NCBI GenBank assembly: GCA_038821645.1
Contig: JAWBDT010000004.1
Coordinates: forward strand, 1 to 64,000
DNA from: Ignisphaera sp.
GTDB taxonomy: Archaea > Thermoproteota > Thermoprotei_A > Sulfolobales > Ignisphaeraceae
Reading direction: 5' to 3'
Length of the DNA: 64,000 bases
Made by a program: the position numbers and the translations under genes. Shown here piece by piece: positions 41,563 to 50,981 of this stretch. Position 1 is the stretch's first letter. Each line of letters opens with the position of its first letter. Under the pieces are notes generated by a model. It did no database searches, had not been told where the DNA came from, and saw only the letters and a list, made by a program, of their open reading frames with translations.

Positions 41563-42396
41563 GTGAATATAGATAGAATTGAATATAGTGTTATCTCGTG
41601 TGTAAATAAAGCAAAATCTATACTGGTTTTAGAAGAACCATCTGATAGAGTTGTAGGACTCAATCCTTGGGGTGATCTCTCAAAAGAGTTCGATATAAGG
41701 ATAGAAGAAGCACTAGTTTCTTGTCTTAAAGATGAACTCAGAGATATAGTCATAGTTAGTGAAGAAAGAGGTATTCAATCATATGGTGAAAGAAAACTAA
41801 TTGCAATGATAGATCCTATCGATGGTAGTAGGAATTATGAAGCCGATATACCTTGGTCGGCTATATCGATAGCTATAGCTAACGGCAAAAAAGATTCTCC
41901 TAAGCTAGCTGATGTATTTTTTGCATTATTAGCGGAAATATCTAGAAACAGGATCTACATATATAGAGAAGGTATTGTTAAGGCGATAGGTATAGATGTT
42001 AAGAGAAGAACGGATCCAAAGAATATAGTTTTAGGTTATTTCGATTCCTATGAATCTTTTAAAGCTCTAGAACTGTATACAAAGAATTGCGAAGGATTCA
42101 AAGTTTTGAGGATTTTAGGAAGTGCTGCACTAGATATAATTAGTGTAGCATTAGGTAATGCCGAGGTCTTTATTGATGTAAGAGGACGTAAGCTTAGGAA
42201 TATTGATATAGTTGCAGCATTAAGGATAGCTCTAGCTCTAGGAGCTAAAGCATATATACCTGGCTATAGAGATCCACTAGAGCTTCCTCTTGATACTACT
42301 GTTAAGATTGACTGTATAGTGGGTTTCAATGATGCATATCTGAGGAAGGTGTTAAAGGTTCTAGAGAAAATTGGTTTTCTAGAGAAAGCTTCTTAA
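41563..42396 (+). CDS. Inositol monophosphatase/FBPase family protein
   Basis: VSEE, IDPIDGSRNY, RILGSAALD, RNIDIVA. Confidence 0.87.
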   Translation: MNIDRIEYSVISCVNKAKSILVLEEPSDRVVGLNPWGDLSKEFDIRIEEALVSCLKDELRDIVIVSEERGIQSYGERKLIAMIDPIDGSRNYEADIPWSAISIAIANGKKDSPKLADVFFALLAEISRNRIYIYREGIVKAIGIDVKRRTDPKNIVLGYFDSYESFKALELYTKNCEGFKVLRILGSAALDIISVALGNAEVFIDVRGRKLRNIDIVAALRIALALGAKAYIPGYRDPLELPLDTTVKIDCIVGFNDAYLRKVLKVLEKIGFLEKAS

Positions 42397-43027
42397 CTAA
42401 TTTCGTATAGGTTTTTATCTCGATAAGCTTGTTTTCTACAGCTAATCCCGAAGTACCTATAACTGGATCTATGTACATGAGTGCGTAAGCATATTCTATA
42501 TCTATAGGTGTGTATAGCTCTTTATTCTCCTTCTTATCGTAGAGACACACTCTATCCATTAGGCTTTCTGTAACACGTACAGCTAATTTCCTATCCATTT
42601 TCTTAATCTGTTCTGCTTTTATCACATACTTTTTAGTCCTTAAGAAAAATCGAGTAGCTATCTCTATGTCTCTATACTCGGATATGAAATCCAACATACT
42701 GTATAGTTTGCTATAGTCTTTCATAATTATGTCTCTAACGATACTAGTTAAATCAATAATAACGTCTTTACATTCACAAACTATCTTCTTGACGTCTAGT
42801 GGTGCTTGATCTACTATCCTTATCTTCTTAGGCAGTTTTCTTAAGAGAATTAACGATATGTAGGGATCATCTACTCGTGATCGAAAGAAACAGTCAACTA
42901 TGTATAGCTCTTTAGGTCTACATTCTCTAAACCTAATTATCTGGACTGGAATCCATGTGTATGTAGCTCTAGGTGTTAGTTTCTTTACTAAGGTATTCTT
43001 ATCGATGTATAGATAGCGATTCAGCAT
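42326..43027 (-). CDS. Hypothetical protein
   Basis: 233-aa ORF directly downstream of rpiB on the same strand; no motif recognised. Confidence 0.6.
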   Translation of the reverse strand: MLNRYLYIDKNTLVKKLTPRATYTWIPVQIIRFRECRPKELYIVDCFFRSRVDDPYISLILLRKLPKKIRIVDQAPLDVKKIVCECKDVIIDLTSIVRDIIMKDYSKLYSMLDFISEYRDIEIATRFFLRTKKYVIKAEQIKKMDRKLAVRVTESLMDRVCLYDKKENKELYTPIDIEYAYALMYIDPVIGTSGLAVENKLIEIKTYTKLVKKLSLENQFSLEPLTPSSDMHH

Positions 43028-43032
43028 ATCTT

Positions 43033-43494
43033 CTACATCCTTTCTATATCTATCTTCATCAACATCTCTATATTATTGAGTTCACTTTCATCAGGTTTTT
43101 CTACAGATAACCAAGCATCAAGTATCTCTTTGGCTAAATAATTCGTTGTTAATCTGCCGCTTAATGCTAACACATTAGCATCATTCCATAGTCTTGCACC
43201 TCTAGCTGTCTCAGGATCTCCACAGAGAGCAGCTCTTACACCTTTAACCTTATTGGCGGCTATCGATACACCAGTACCTGTATAACATATAACGATACCC
43301 CAAGAAACTTCACCAGAAGCAACAAGTTTACCAACTTCGTAACCCACTAAAGGCCAGGGCTCTGGTTTACGTGTCTTAATAGATCCAACAAGTGTAACCT
43401 CAAATCCTTTGCTCTTCAGATACTCTACTACAAAGTCTGCAACAGGATATAGATCATCTGAACCTACAGCTACCTTTTTGTTAAAGGGAGCCAT
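43033..43494 (-). CDS. rpiB: RpiB/LacA/LacB sugar-phosphate isomerase
   Basis: CYTGTGVSIAANKVKGVRAAL, WNDANVLAL. Confidence 0.88.
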   Translation of the reverse strand: MAPFNKKVAVGSDDLYPVADFVVEYLKSKGFEVTLVGSIKTRKPEPWPLVGYEVGKLVASGEVSWGIVICYTGTGVSIAANKVKGVRAALCGDPETARGARLWNDANVLALSGRLTTNYLAKEILDAWLSVEKPDESELNNIEMLMKIDIERM

Positions 43495-43555
43495 GTTCTA
43501 GACCCGAGAAGATATATCTCTAACAACTAAATATTATAAAGCTAGATTAAAACCT

Positions 43556-44476
43556 CTAGAGCTTGAGATCTCTATGTGTTTTCCATTTGAGTTGTTCTCT
43601 ATATAGTCTATGAGGTTTAAAGGGGGATCTAATTGCATCTACGTCTTCTCCCAGAATCTTTATACGCTTTATATCTATTTCACCATAACCCCATCTAGAT
43701 AGAAGTAAGAGATAACCAATATCGCTAGGATTGAATCCCATGGCATAAGCAGTAACAATATCTAGATTAACTGGATTCGTTGATGCAAATACTACTCCCC
43801 AGTACTTCTCTTCACCATTAACAGGTCCGTCACCCTCCATAGCCACAACACCATCTATTACACCTAAATCAGGCATTAGTCTTGTTGCTAGCTTCGCTAT
43901 GTTGTAGTTGATTGAGAAGTAGCCTCTATGCATTCTTGATTTATATCCACGCTTAATTGCTCCCATAACCACGTTCTTTATGCTCAATGTTACTATAACT
44001 GTATCGTGTGTTTTAGCTCTACAGGCTGATATTTTGAAGAATTGATTATCCATAAGTATCTTAGATACCGAAACTTCAAACAGAGTATGATATTCATCTT
44101 CAAGCATTATAATCTCTTGCTCATACTCATCAAGATCTAGAAACTCTATAGATGGATATCTCTTAGCCAGCTCTTTATAACCTAGAAGCTCTATAGCCTG
44201 GTTAAAAGATCCTATAGCGGGTGATTCAGCTATAACTATCTCAGAGATATTGTATCTATTGTAGATAAAGTCTATGATTGCTTCAACAGTTTCTCTAGGT
44301 GTAGTACTTAGTGGATTGAAGATAGATACAAAGTTTGGTTTCACTAGAATCTTTTTTCTATTATTTAAAGCTGTGTCAATTTCATTAGCTATAAGATTTA
44401 AAGCAGAAATTGCACCTCTATAGCTATTGTTGTTCTTAACTATTGCAACAGACACTATGGTTTCCCTAACTACCAT
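43556..44476 (-). CDS. DUF362 domain protein
   Basis: ILVKPN, KTHDT, TLSIKN, IDGVVAMEGDGP. Confidence 0.85.
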   Translation of the reverse strand: MVVRETIVSVAIVKNNNSYRGAISALNLIANEIDTALNNRKKILVKPNFVSIFNPLSTTPRETVEAIIDFIYNRYNISEIVIAESPAIGSFNQAIELLGYKELAKRYPSIEFLDLDEYEQEIIMLEDEYHTLFEVSVSKILMDNQFFKISACRAKTHDTVIVTLSIKNVVMGAIKRGYKSRMHRGYFSINYNIAKLATRLMPDLGVIDGVVAMEGDGPVNGEEKYWGVVFASTNPVNLDIVTAYAMGFNPSDIGYLLLLSRWGYGEIDIKRIKILGEDVDAIRSPFKPHRLYREQLKWKTHRDLKL

Positions 44477-44552
44477 TGTTAGCTAAAATAATATACTTAT
44501 GATGTGATCAAGTATTGTTATTTGGGGTTATATATCATTTTAATAATTTGAT

Positions 44553-45110
44553 CTACCATACCTTAAGGAAGGCAAGAACAAGTCCTATTAGTGCTGAAGC
44601 ACCTATGAGTATAACTGGATCTATGTCTAAGAATGTTACACATATGAATACAGTTATAGCTATAAAGAAGATCGCTAAACTATTGCTTATAGCCACACCT
44701 TTAACAATACCTTTTACAATCATCAATACAGTCGATAAAATGAGACCCAATACGGCACCTCTAATACCGTTAAGAACACCTCTAACAAGATAATTACCAT
44801 AGAATTTCATGAGGACTATAGCAATAGCTAGCATAACCATGAAAGCAGGTAAAACGATAGCTATAGTCGCTAAAAAAGCACCTAAGAAACCACCAACCTT
44901 ATACCCCACATATGTGGCAGAATTTACTGCTATAGGTCCAGGAGTAGATTCAGCTACAGCTATTATGTCTATGAGCTCTTGTTCAGAAATCCATTGATGT
45001 CTCAAAACAACTTCGTATCTAAGTATAGGTATCATTGCATAACCGCCACCAAACATGACAAAACCTATCTTTAAGAATGTTAGGAACAATTCGATTAACT
45101 CCATACCCAT
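44553..45110 (-). CDS. Short-chain chromate transporter (ChrA family)
   Basis: KIGFVMFGGGYAMI, AESTPGPIAVNSATYVG. Confidence 0.9.
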   Translation of the reverse strand: MGMELIELFLTFLKIGFVMFGGGYAMIPILRYEVVLRHQWISEQELIDIIAVAESTPGPIAVNSATYVGYKVGGFLGAFLATIAIVLPAFMVMLAIAIVLMKFYGNYLVRGVLNGIRGAVLGLILSTVLMIVKGIVKGVAISNSLAIFFIAITVFICVTFLDIDPVILIGASALIGLVLAFLKVW

Positions 45111-45376
45111 ACCTCTACACCAAGGTCAACAGAAAAGATGTGTACTTATATATCTAAATGGATCTATTTTGATATTTCTGACTATACAAACTATACAAAA
45201 GCATATTTGATACAAGATTCTCTAGGTGGTATATCATCACGTAAACATGGTATCTATACTCTTCATTAAACTAGTTATAGTTTTGTGTTACAGATCTTTG
45301 ATTTAGTATCTTGTTGAGTATCTGAATATATGGAGATAGTTAAGTCTCTATTTTAGATCTATTGAAGAAACAATGC

Positions 45377-47443
45377 TCAAGATAATAACTGTAGTGTTAA
45401 TGGGTAATAGATACAGACGCCCATAGCATTTGGTTCTACACATATCTCTAGTTTGAGCTCTAGTTTAGCTATTTGACTATCTGTTGTGAAGTATCCTGAG
45501 AGAACTAGATAGTTGGCTTCATCTATATTTAGCTGAATCTGATCTGTAGAAAGAGAGATAGGTACGCCACTGCGTATCGATATGTTGGTGCTTCTTGATG
45601 TACCTTCAATCCATAGATCTAGGTCTAGTGTAGTAGGTGTTGAAGCATGTATTAATAGAAGTCTGGTATACAGAATCTGATTGATAGAGATTCTGAGGAA
45701 ACGAACTGTTGTAGTGAATGTGGATGAACTAGATATATAGATACCAACATCAGCACTACTTCTATTACTACCTAGATTCATGGTTATTGGTTGAAGCGAT
45801 AATGCATAAGTATCTCCACCTAGGATAGACTCTATTGACAGAACTGAATAAACTCCACAAACATATGTATCAGGATACTTGATAACTATTCTTCCATCTA
45901 CGCCAGTACCTACAACAATATCATTTACTACCTCAAGATTAAATGTTGTAGATGTTCTAGAAGAGTTAACTAGATTACCGAGGTTATCCCATACTTCAAC
46001 AACCATATCGCTATAGAAACCTGTGAACAGTATGTTTCTAGGATCACTAGTTGATACAATGAAGTCATCGAATCTAAACCACAGACCCAAGCCCGAGGTA
46101 TCATCTATTGTTATGCCTGCATATGCTGGTCTAAACCTAGTGCCACTTGTATCACTTGCGGTTAGAGTGGCCACTAAACGACCTACATCATCGTATACCC
46201 AGAGTGTAAAGTCTATCGATCTACCTGTATCCCTGTAGTGGAGAACAGATGTATACCATCTTGTTGCAGAATAGCTAGGAATTGCGACAGATCCCAGAAG
46301 CCTCCAGGTACCATCCCATTTCCAGATATATGCTGTACTCCTGTAGATTGAGATCTCGTAGAGTCTGTTTCTATCAGTATTGATTAATCCTATACCTTTG
46401 TAGCTATCTATAGTCTCAGCTCTAGATCTAACAGATATCCAGAGAGATGAATAACCGTATATTGTTGTATTCCAATAGTACTGTGAAGATCTTCCAATTC
46501 CAGCATTATTGTCTCTTCCTCTCAATGCATTTCCCTTAAAACCTCCACCTATTGACAACTCCCAGTCTCCTCCATAGTTGATCCATCCGGGTACAGGGTA
46601 TGTCTCGAAATCTGTATACGTTATGGCTCCTCTAGCAGTTCTCGCTAGAATTCTACATGTATATGTGTATGGTGGTTGTTCTAAAGTTGCTGGCGGTTTT
46701 TGTAGAACTATGGATAGATTTAGAGGATAGTATGTGAATGTTGATGCTATAACCATGGCAGAGAACATGAAAACTGTTACATAATGTGTAAACTGTTTAA
46801 TGCTTATCTGTTTATTCATAATCAATACATCTCTATTGTGAATCTTGGTTAGAACTAGAGCTGTAGCAGTAGCTGATGTCACTATAGCAAATCCAAGCAT
46901 AATCGGTATAGCTGGAATGTTTGTAATTATCTTGTTGAGTATTGTTGATTCTAGCCTAACTCCTGTATATGTAATTGTTCCAGCACTTGTTCTAACTATA
47001 ATTTCATCTCCAATCAGCTGACTGAATCTAGATACATCAAATTCAACTACTCTATAGAGATATCCTGAGAAAAGTCCATAGAGAGCTCCTAGAGCTGCAG
47101 AAACACCATATACTAGACCTGATGATATATGTGGTTTATATTTCATCAAAATGATTGAAATAGCTGAAGTAATCAGTAGAGCTATAGTGAGTATAAGGAA
47201 TGTTAAGGAGACATGTTTTACGTAATCTGTATGTGGCATAGATATAAGCTGTTTGTTGTAGGTGTAGTATATTTTATAGTCTAGAAGAGAGTAGTATCCC
47301 TCAATATATCCTCTAAAGAGCCAGAGAGGTGTAGTCACCATAAGCACATAGATTAGTGATATAAATAGACATGTTGTAGCAGATACAGTTGTAAGGATCT
47401 TTACTCTTTTAATTATCTTATCTTCATTGGTAGACCAAGCCAT
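45377..47443 (-). CDS. Large membrane/secreted protein; candidate minor fibre subunit or adhesin with a lectin-like insert
   Basis: Multi-TM N-terminus; internal signal-like segment ending ASTFTYYPLN; Trp/Tyr-rich beta domain; C-terminal segment resembling the 48538-49119 protein. Confidence 0.65.
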   Translation of the reverse strand: MAWSTNEDKIIKRVKILTTVSATTCLFISLIYVLMVTTPLWLFRGYIEGYYSLLDYKIYYTYNKQLISMPHTDYVKHVSLTFLILTIALLITSAISIILMKYKPHISSGLVYGVSAALGALYGLFSGYLYRVVEFDVSRFSQLIGDEIIVRTSAGTITYTGVRLESTILNKIITNIPAIPIMLGFAIVTSATATALVLTKIHNRDVLIMNKQISIKQFTHYVTVFMFSAMVIASTFTYYPLNLSIVLQKPPATLEQPPYTYTCRILARTARGAITYTDFETYPVPGWINYGGDWELSIGGGFKGNALRGRDNNAGIGRSSQYYWNTTIYGYSSLWISVRSRAETIDSYKGIGLINTDRNRLYEISIYRSTAYIWKWDGTWRLLGSVAIPSYSATRWYTSVLHYRDTGRSIDFTLWVYDDVGRLVATLTASDTSGTRFRPAYAGITIDDTSGLGLWFRFDDFIVSTSDPRNILFTGFYSDMVVEVWDNLGNLVNSSRTSTTFNLEVVNDIVVGTGVDGRIVIKYPDTYVCGVYSVLSIESILGGDTYALSLQPITMNLGSNRSSADVGIYISSSSTFTTTVRFLRISINQILYTRLLLIHASTPTTLDLDLWIEGTSRSTNISIRSGVPISLSTDQIQLNIDEANYLVLSGYFTTDSQIAKLELKLEICVEPNAMGVCIYYPLTLQLLS

Positions 47444-48524
47444 TTCACTTCACCTTGATTTAACCAGTAAACATAAACATAAGCTATTTCGGCATATTCG
47501 AGAGGTTCAATAACGATTTGAGAAAATCCATCAATAACATAGCTTCTGTTAATCCATAACCAACTATTGTTATCTAGATACCTAATGGATATATTAATGG
47601 TTATCGGAAAACAGTTAAAGTTTCTCGCAATCAGGGTTCCATTCACAAAACTTATCTGAGGATCTAGACCCCCTATCAAGATTGGATATTCTCCACTAAG
47701 TCTTCCAACTCTATTGAGTAACGCCTCAATCTTGATTACCAGAGGCTCTCTATACTCAAAAGCTTTTCTAAGCAGATCTTCACTAGGTTTAACAACTATT
47801 TCCCTAGAACTAAAATCAACAATATCTACTTTAGTAGAGTTAACCTCTATTTCTGTAAGAATCATAGGTATAGCATTGATGTATCTAATGCTTAGTGTAC
47901 AGCTATCTGACTGAAAATAAACACCTGCTAACCTGACTAGCGGAGGTTTAACTGGTTCAACATTGATTGGTCTAGGTATAGTTGAGTATACAGATAGAAC
48001 AGCAACAAAAATGATAGTAAACAGTACTGCATATGAGTAGCCTAATATAGGTGTCTTCAAGATATCACGAACAAGATAAGCTACAGCAACTATGAGTAAA
48101 GGGATCCAAATCTCTCTAGCCATCACAAATACAACCTTTCCTATAATCTTCTCGATGCCTATAGGCGGATCTAGAGAATCAACATTATCTCCTTTAGTTA
48201 TGATTAATAATCTATATCCATTAACTGTATCAAGCACCATAAAGTCTACAACTCTATGAACAATACAATGGTTTGGCGTCAGACAATAGACAACAATATC
48301 TCCAAGAGTAAAAGATTCTCTAGCGTAGAGAACCATATCTCCACGTCTAAGAGTAGGCTCCATACTATCAGAAATAACTACAGAAACACCAAAAAGACTC
48401 TGATAACCAAATCTAGAGAGAAACGTAGATACAACTAAAACTGTGAGTATAACCAGTAATGCGTATGGCGTATAGATAGAGAGTTTGAGAAAAAATGTTT
48501 TATGCTTAGATCTACTCTATTCAT
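47413..48524 (-). CDS. Signal peptidase I (ER/SipW-type) with C-terminal extension; 5' end frameshifted at an A6/T6 run (48490-48495)
   Basis: SDSMEPTL, IVHRV, TKGDN motifs; catalytic Ser and TM anchor lie upstream of track ATG 48363; SD-preceded ATG at 48524 is out of frame. Confidence 0.82.
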
Positions 48525-48537
48525 CTACAGATCACCA

Positions 48538-49119
48538 CTATCTTCCGCTACCTGGATTTATTGGTAGCGTTTCTCCAGATGATGGTGTATATACTAATCT
48601 AGCTGAAGCACTATAGCTTCTACCTGTTATAGATGTTCCTTCAGGAATATATACATAGAGATCAATTTGCCAACTACCACCAACAGAAAGCTGACCTATA
48701 TATTCTGCTGTGTTAAGTGTTGGTGTAGTTATATCGAGTTCCTTCACCATAGTTGCTCCACTATATACAAACATCTTTACTATACTACCAGTTGGCAAGT
48801 TATTCTCATAATTATAGAAGATCACGTAGATATGCATAGCTTCATTATCATTATTCACAATCCTTAGGATATCTTTGTAGTACGTCTCTTGATATGTTGG
48901 ATGTATCTCTATTGATGCTGATGTACTATTAGATCCTATGTTTACCGTTATCGTGTTGCTACCTATATCTGGTTCTCCAGCATTACTACCAGCTTCAAAT
49001 CTGACTCCTGGTTGCTGAGGTACAACAGCTATGTTCAGAGGATAGTAGGCAAATAGACTAGCTGTTACAACTGATAGAGCTAATATCAATAGTATTCCTG
49101 TTAATGTTTTTCTAAACAT
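48538..49119 (-). CDS. Secreted beta-rich protein; candidate major fibre subunit (TasA/AbpA-like context)
   Basis: Signal peptide MFRKTLTGILLILALSVVTASLFAYYP; first gene of the operon containing the signal peptidase; GGTGA SD. Confidence 0.7.
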   Translation of the reverse strand: MFRKTLTGILLILALSVVTASLFAYYPLNIAVVPQQPGVRFEAGSNAGEPDIGSNTITVNIGSNSTSASIEIHPTYQETYYKDILRIVNNDNEAMHIYVIFYNYENNLPTGSIVKMFVYSGATMVKELDITTPTLNTAEYIGQLSVGGSWQIDLYVYIPEGTSITGRSYSASARLVYTPSSGETLPINPGSGR

Positions 49120-49485
49120 TTTACATCACCTTTTAAACTTCTAAAAACACCATATACAAACCTATGTATAGGTAGTGTTTGAGTTAATTTAAGTTTTGTG
49201 ATTTAGACACTCATCTACAGCTAAAAAGCTCTGTTTCAAGATTTAATATATATGTGTATATATATATATTGCGTATGTTGTTAAGTGATTTGTGTTTTGT
49301 TAATTATCAGTTTAAGAACTATAGAGATGTAGTTATCCTAAAAATTTATTTCTATATTCTAGACACTACAAATCTTAAAATCTTAGCATTATTCATTATC
49401 ATACTAAGATCGGTTTTATCTATAGGTCAAGATATATTTAGAACTTTATAATATTCATATCTGTAGATGAATCGAGATATTGAGA

Positions 49486-49535
49486 ATGATGAGCCCGTAG
49501 TGAACAGAGTTAATGAAGATGGAGATTTCGACTGA
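49486..49535 (+). ncRNA. C/D-box guide sRNA candidate
   Basis: C ATGATGA 49486-49492, 12-nt guide, D' CAGA, C' ATGAAGA 49513-49519, 12-nt guide, D CTGA 49532-49535. Confidence 0.7.
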
Positions 49536-49745
49536 TAATCGCTAGATACAGATAAAGCTGTTTGTGTTTACTTTTTCACAAATTCTATTGTGAGTGAAGA
49601 GGTGAAATAGAGTTGTTAGTGAATAGACAGTGGTACATCAATTTATATGGAATTCAAATCATATGTATACATATAATAATGGTATTCCTAAAATACGGCC
49701 AATTCACAACTACTCTCTAGATCTACAGAATCTGAGGTCAAAGTT

Positions 49746-50051
49746 ATGCATAGTCTTGAAGACATATCTCTACTTAATGTCTCGATAAGCTATAGAGATT
49801 ATGCTGATCTGATTTCAGTATTGAGTGCTAGTAGCAAGATTCGTAACCTAATGAAGAAGGGCTATAGTGTTAAGAATGTAAAGATTCTCTACGGCATAGA
49901 GTTATCTAGAGATATGGAGCTTAAACCTATGTATGCTGTAGTAGCTCTAGCTAGAGAAGGTCACAACATTGTTTATTTCCTTATAGATATCATGAAGAAG
50001 AAGATAGTAAAGGTAGCAGATGTTAGGAGAGAACAGAAAATAAGCAACTAG
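49746..50051 (+). CDS. Hypothetical protein (101 aa)
   Basis: GAGGT SD-like motif, host-like codon usage; no motif recognised. Confidence 0.6.
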   Translation: MHSLEDISLLNVSISYRDYADLISVLSASSKIRNLMKKGYSVKNVKILYGIELSRDMELKPMYAVVALAREGHNIVYFLIDIMKKKIVKVADVRREQKISN

Positions 50052-50107
50052 ATTGACTACACCAATCTATACATCTTCTAGAAAACACATAACATCATGG
50101 TGACTTG

Positions 50108-50827
50108 CTACATAGTATTTGATGATGAGTGTGTACAGATGCTTACCACAATGTTTGAGAGAATATCTCTATCTCTATATAGTCTAGCCATAATCTTTAC
50201 ACCAAACTTTTTAACTATCTCATCTAACATAGCATAAGGTTTACAGCTATTATTCTCGAAATACCTGAGCATCATCAGAATATTGTTTTGATGATATTCA
50301 CCAAATCTAGCATCTATAGAGTCTGCTAAATGCACTATAAAACCTTCATATGTTCTTATAGGTACAATACCATGTACTTCAGATACAACTCTTATCAACT
50401 CATCGCCAGCACCTCTAGAGGCAAGTTCAGCTACAATTGCATAGTCATGGCTCAAGTACCAATCTTCTCTTGCTTTATAGCCACCTTCTTTCACGTCTTT
50501 AGTGTACTGATAATATTTGTATATGTCGTGAAGTAGTGCTGAAGCTATAACTAAATCTCTATCTATACTTACGCCATAAACTTCTTCAAAAATACTGCAG
50601 AGCATTAAGGCAATCTTTATGACACTATACGTGTGTACAATTAGGCCTCCGGTAAACATATGGTGTTTTCTAGGTGCTGCAGGAGATTCTTCGATGTCTA
50701 TTAGCGGTTTTACTGATGAGAAACTTAGTATAGGATTAGTAAGTATGTCGATAACAATTCTCCTGATTTTCTCATTCTTTATATCTTCAGCAAACTTGAG
50801 TAAATCACTTAAATGTATGTTGCTCAT
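50108..50827 (-). CDS. HD-domain phosphohydrolase (YhaM/Cbf1-like, no OB-fold)
   Basis: PAAPRKHHMFTGGLIVHT, ALLHDIYK, VHLADSIDA. Confidence 0.85.
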   Translation of the reverse strand: MSNIHLSDLLKFAEDIKNEKIRRIVIDILTNPILSFSSVKPLIDIEESPAAPRKHHMFTGGLIVHTYSVIKIALMLCSIFEEVYGVSIDRDLVIASALLHDIYKYYQYTKDVKEGGYKAREDWYLSHDYAIVAELASRGAGDELIRVVSEVHGIVPIRTYEGFIVHLADSIDARFGEYHQNNILMMLRYFENNSCKPYAMLDEIVKKFGVKIMARLYRDRDILSNIVVSICTHSSSNTM

Positions 50828-50981
50828 AACTCTATAACCTACTTCAGCTGAAGGCTATGTACTGAACTTAATGGCATTTCTGATAATATTTAAAACTTTT
50901 GGTATTGACATGAACAAATAAGAATACTTAGAGAAATCATGATTAATGGTTTTATATATCTGTGGAGTAGAATCATATGTA

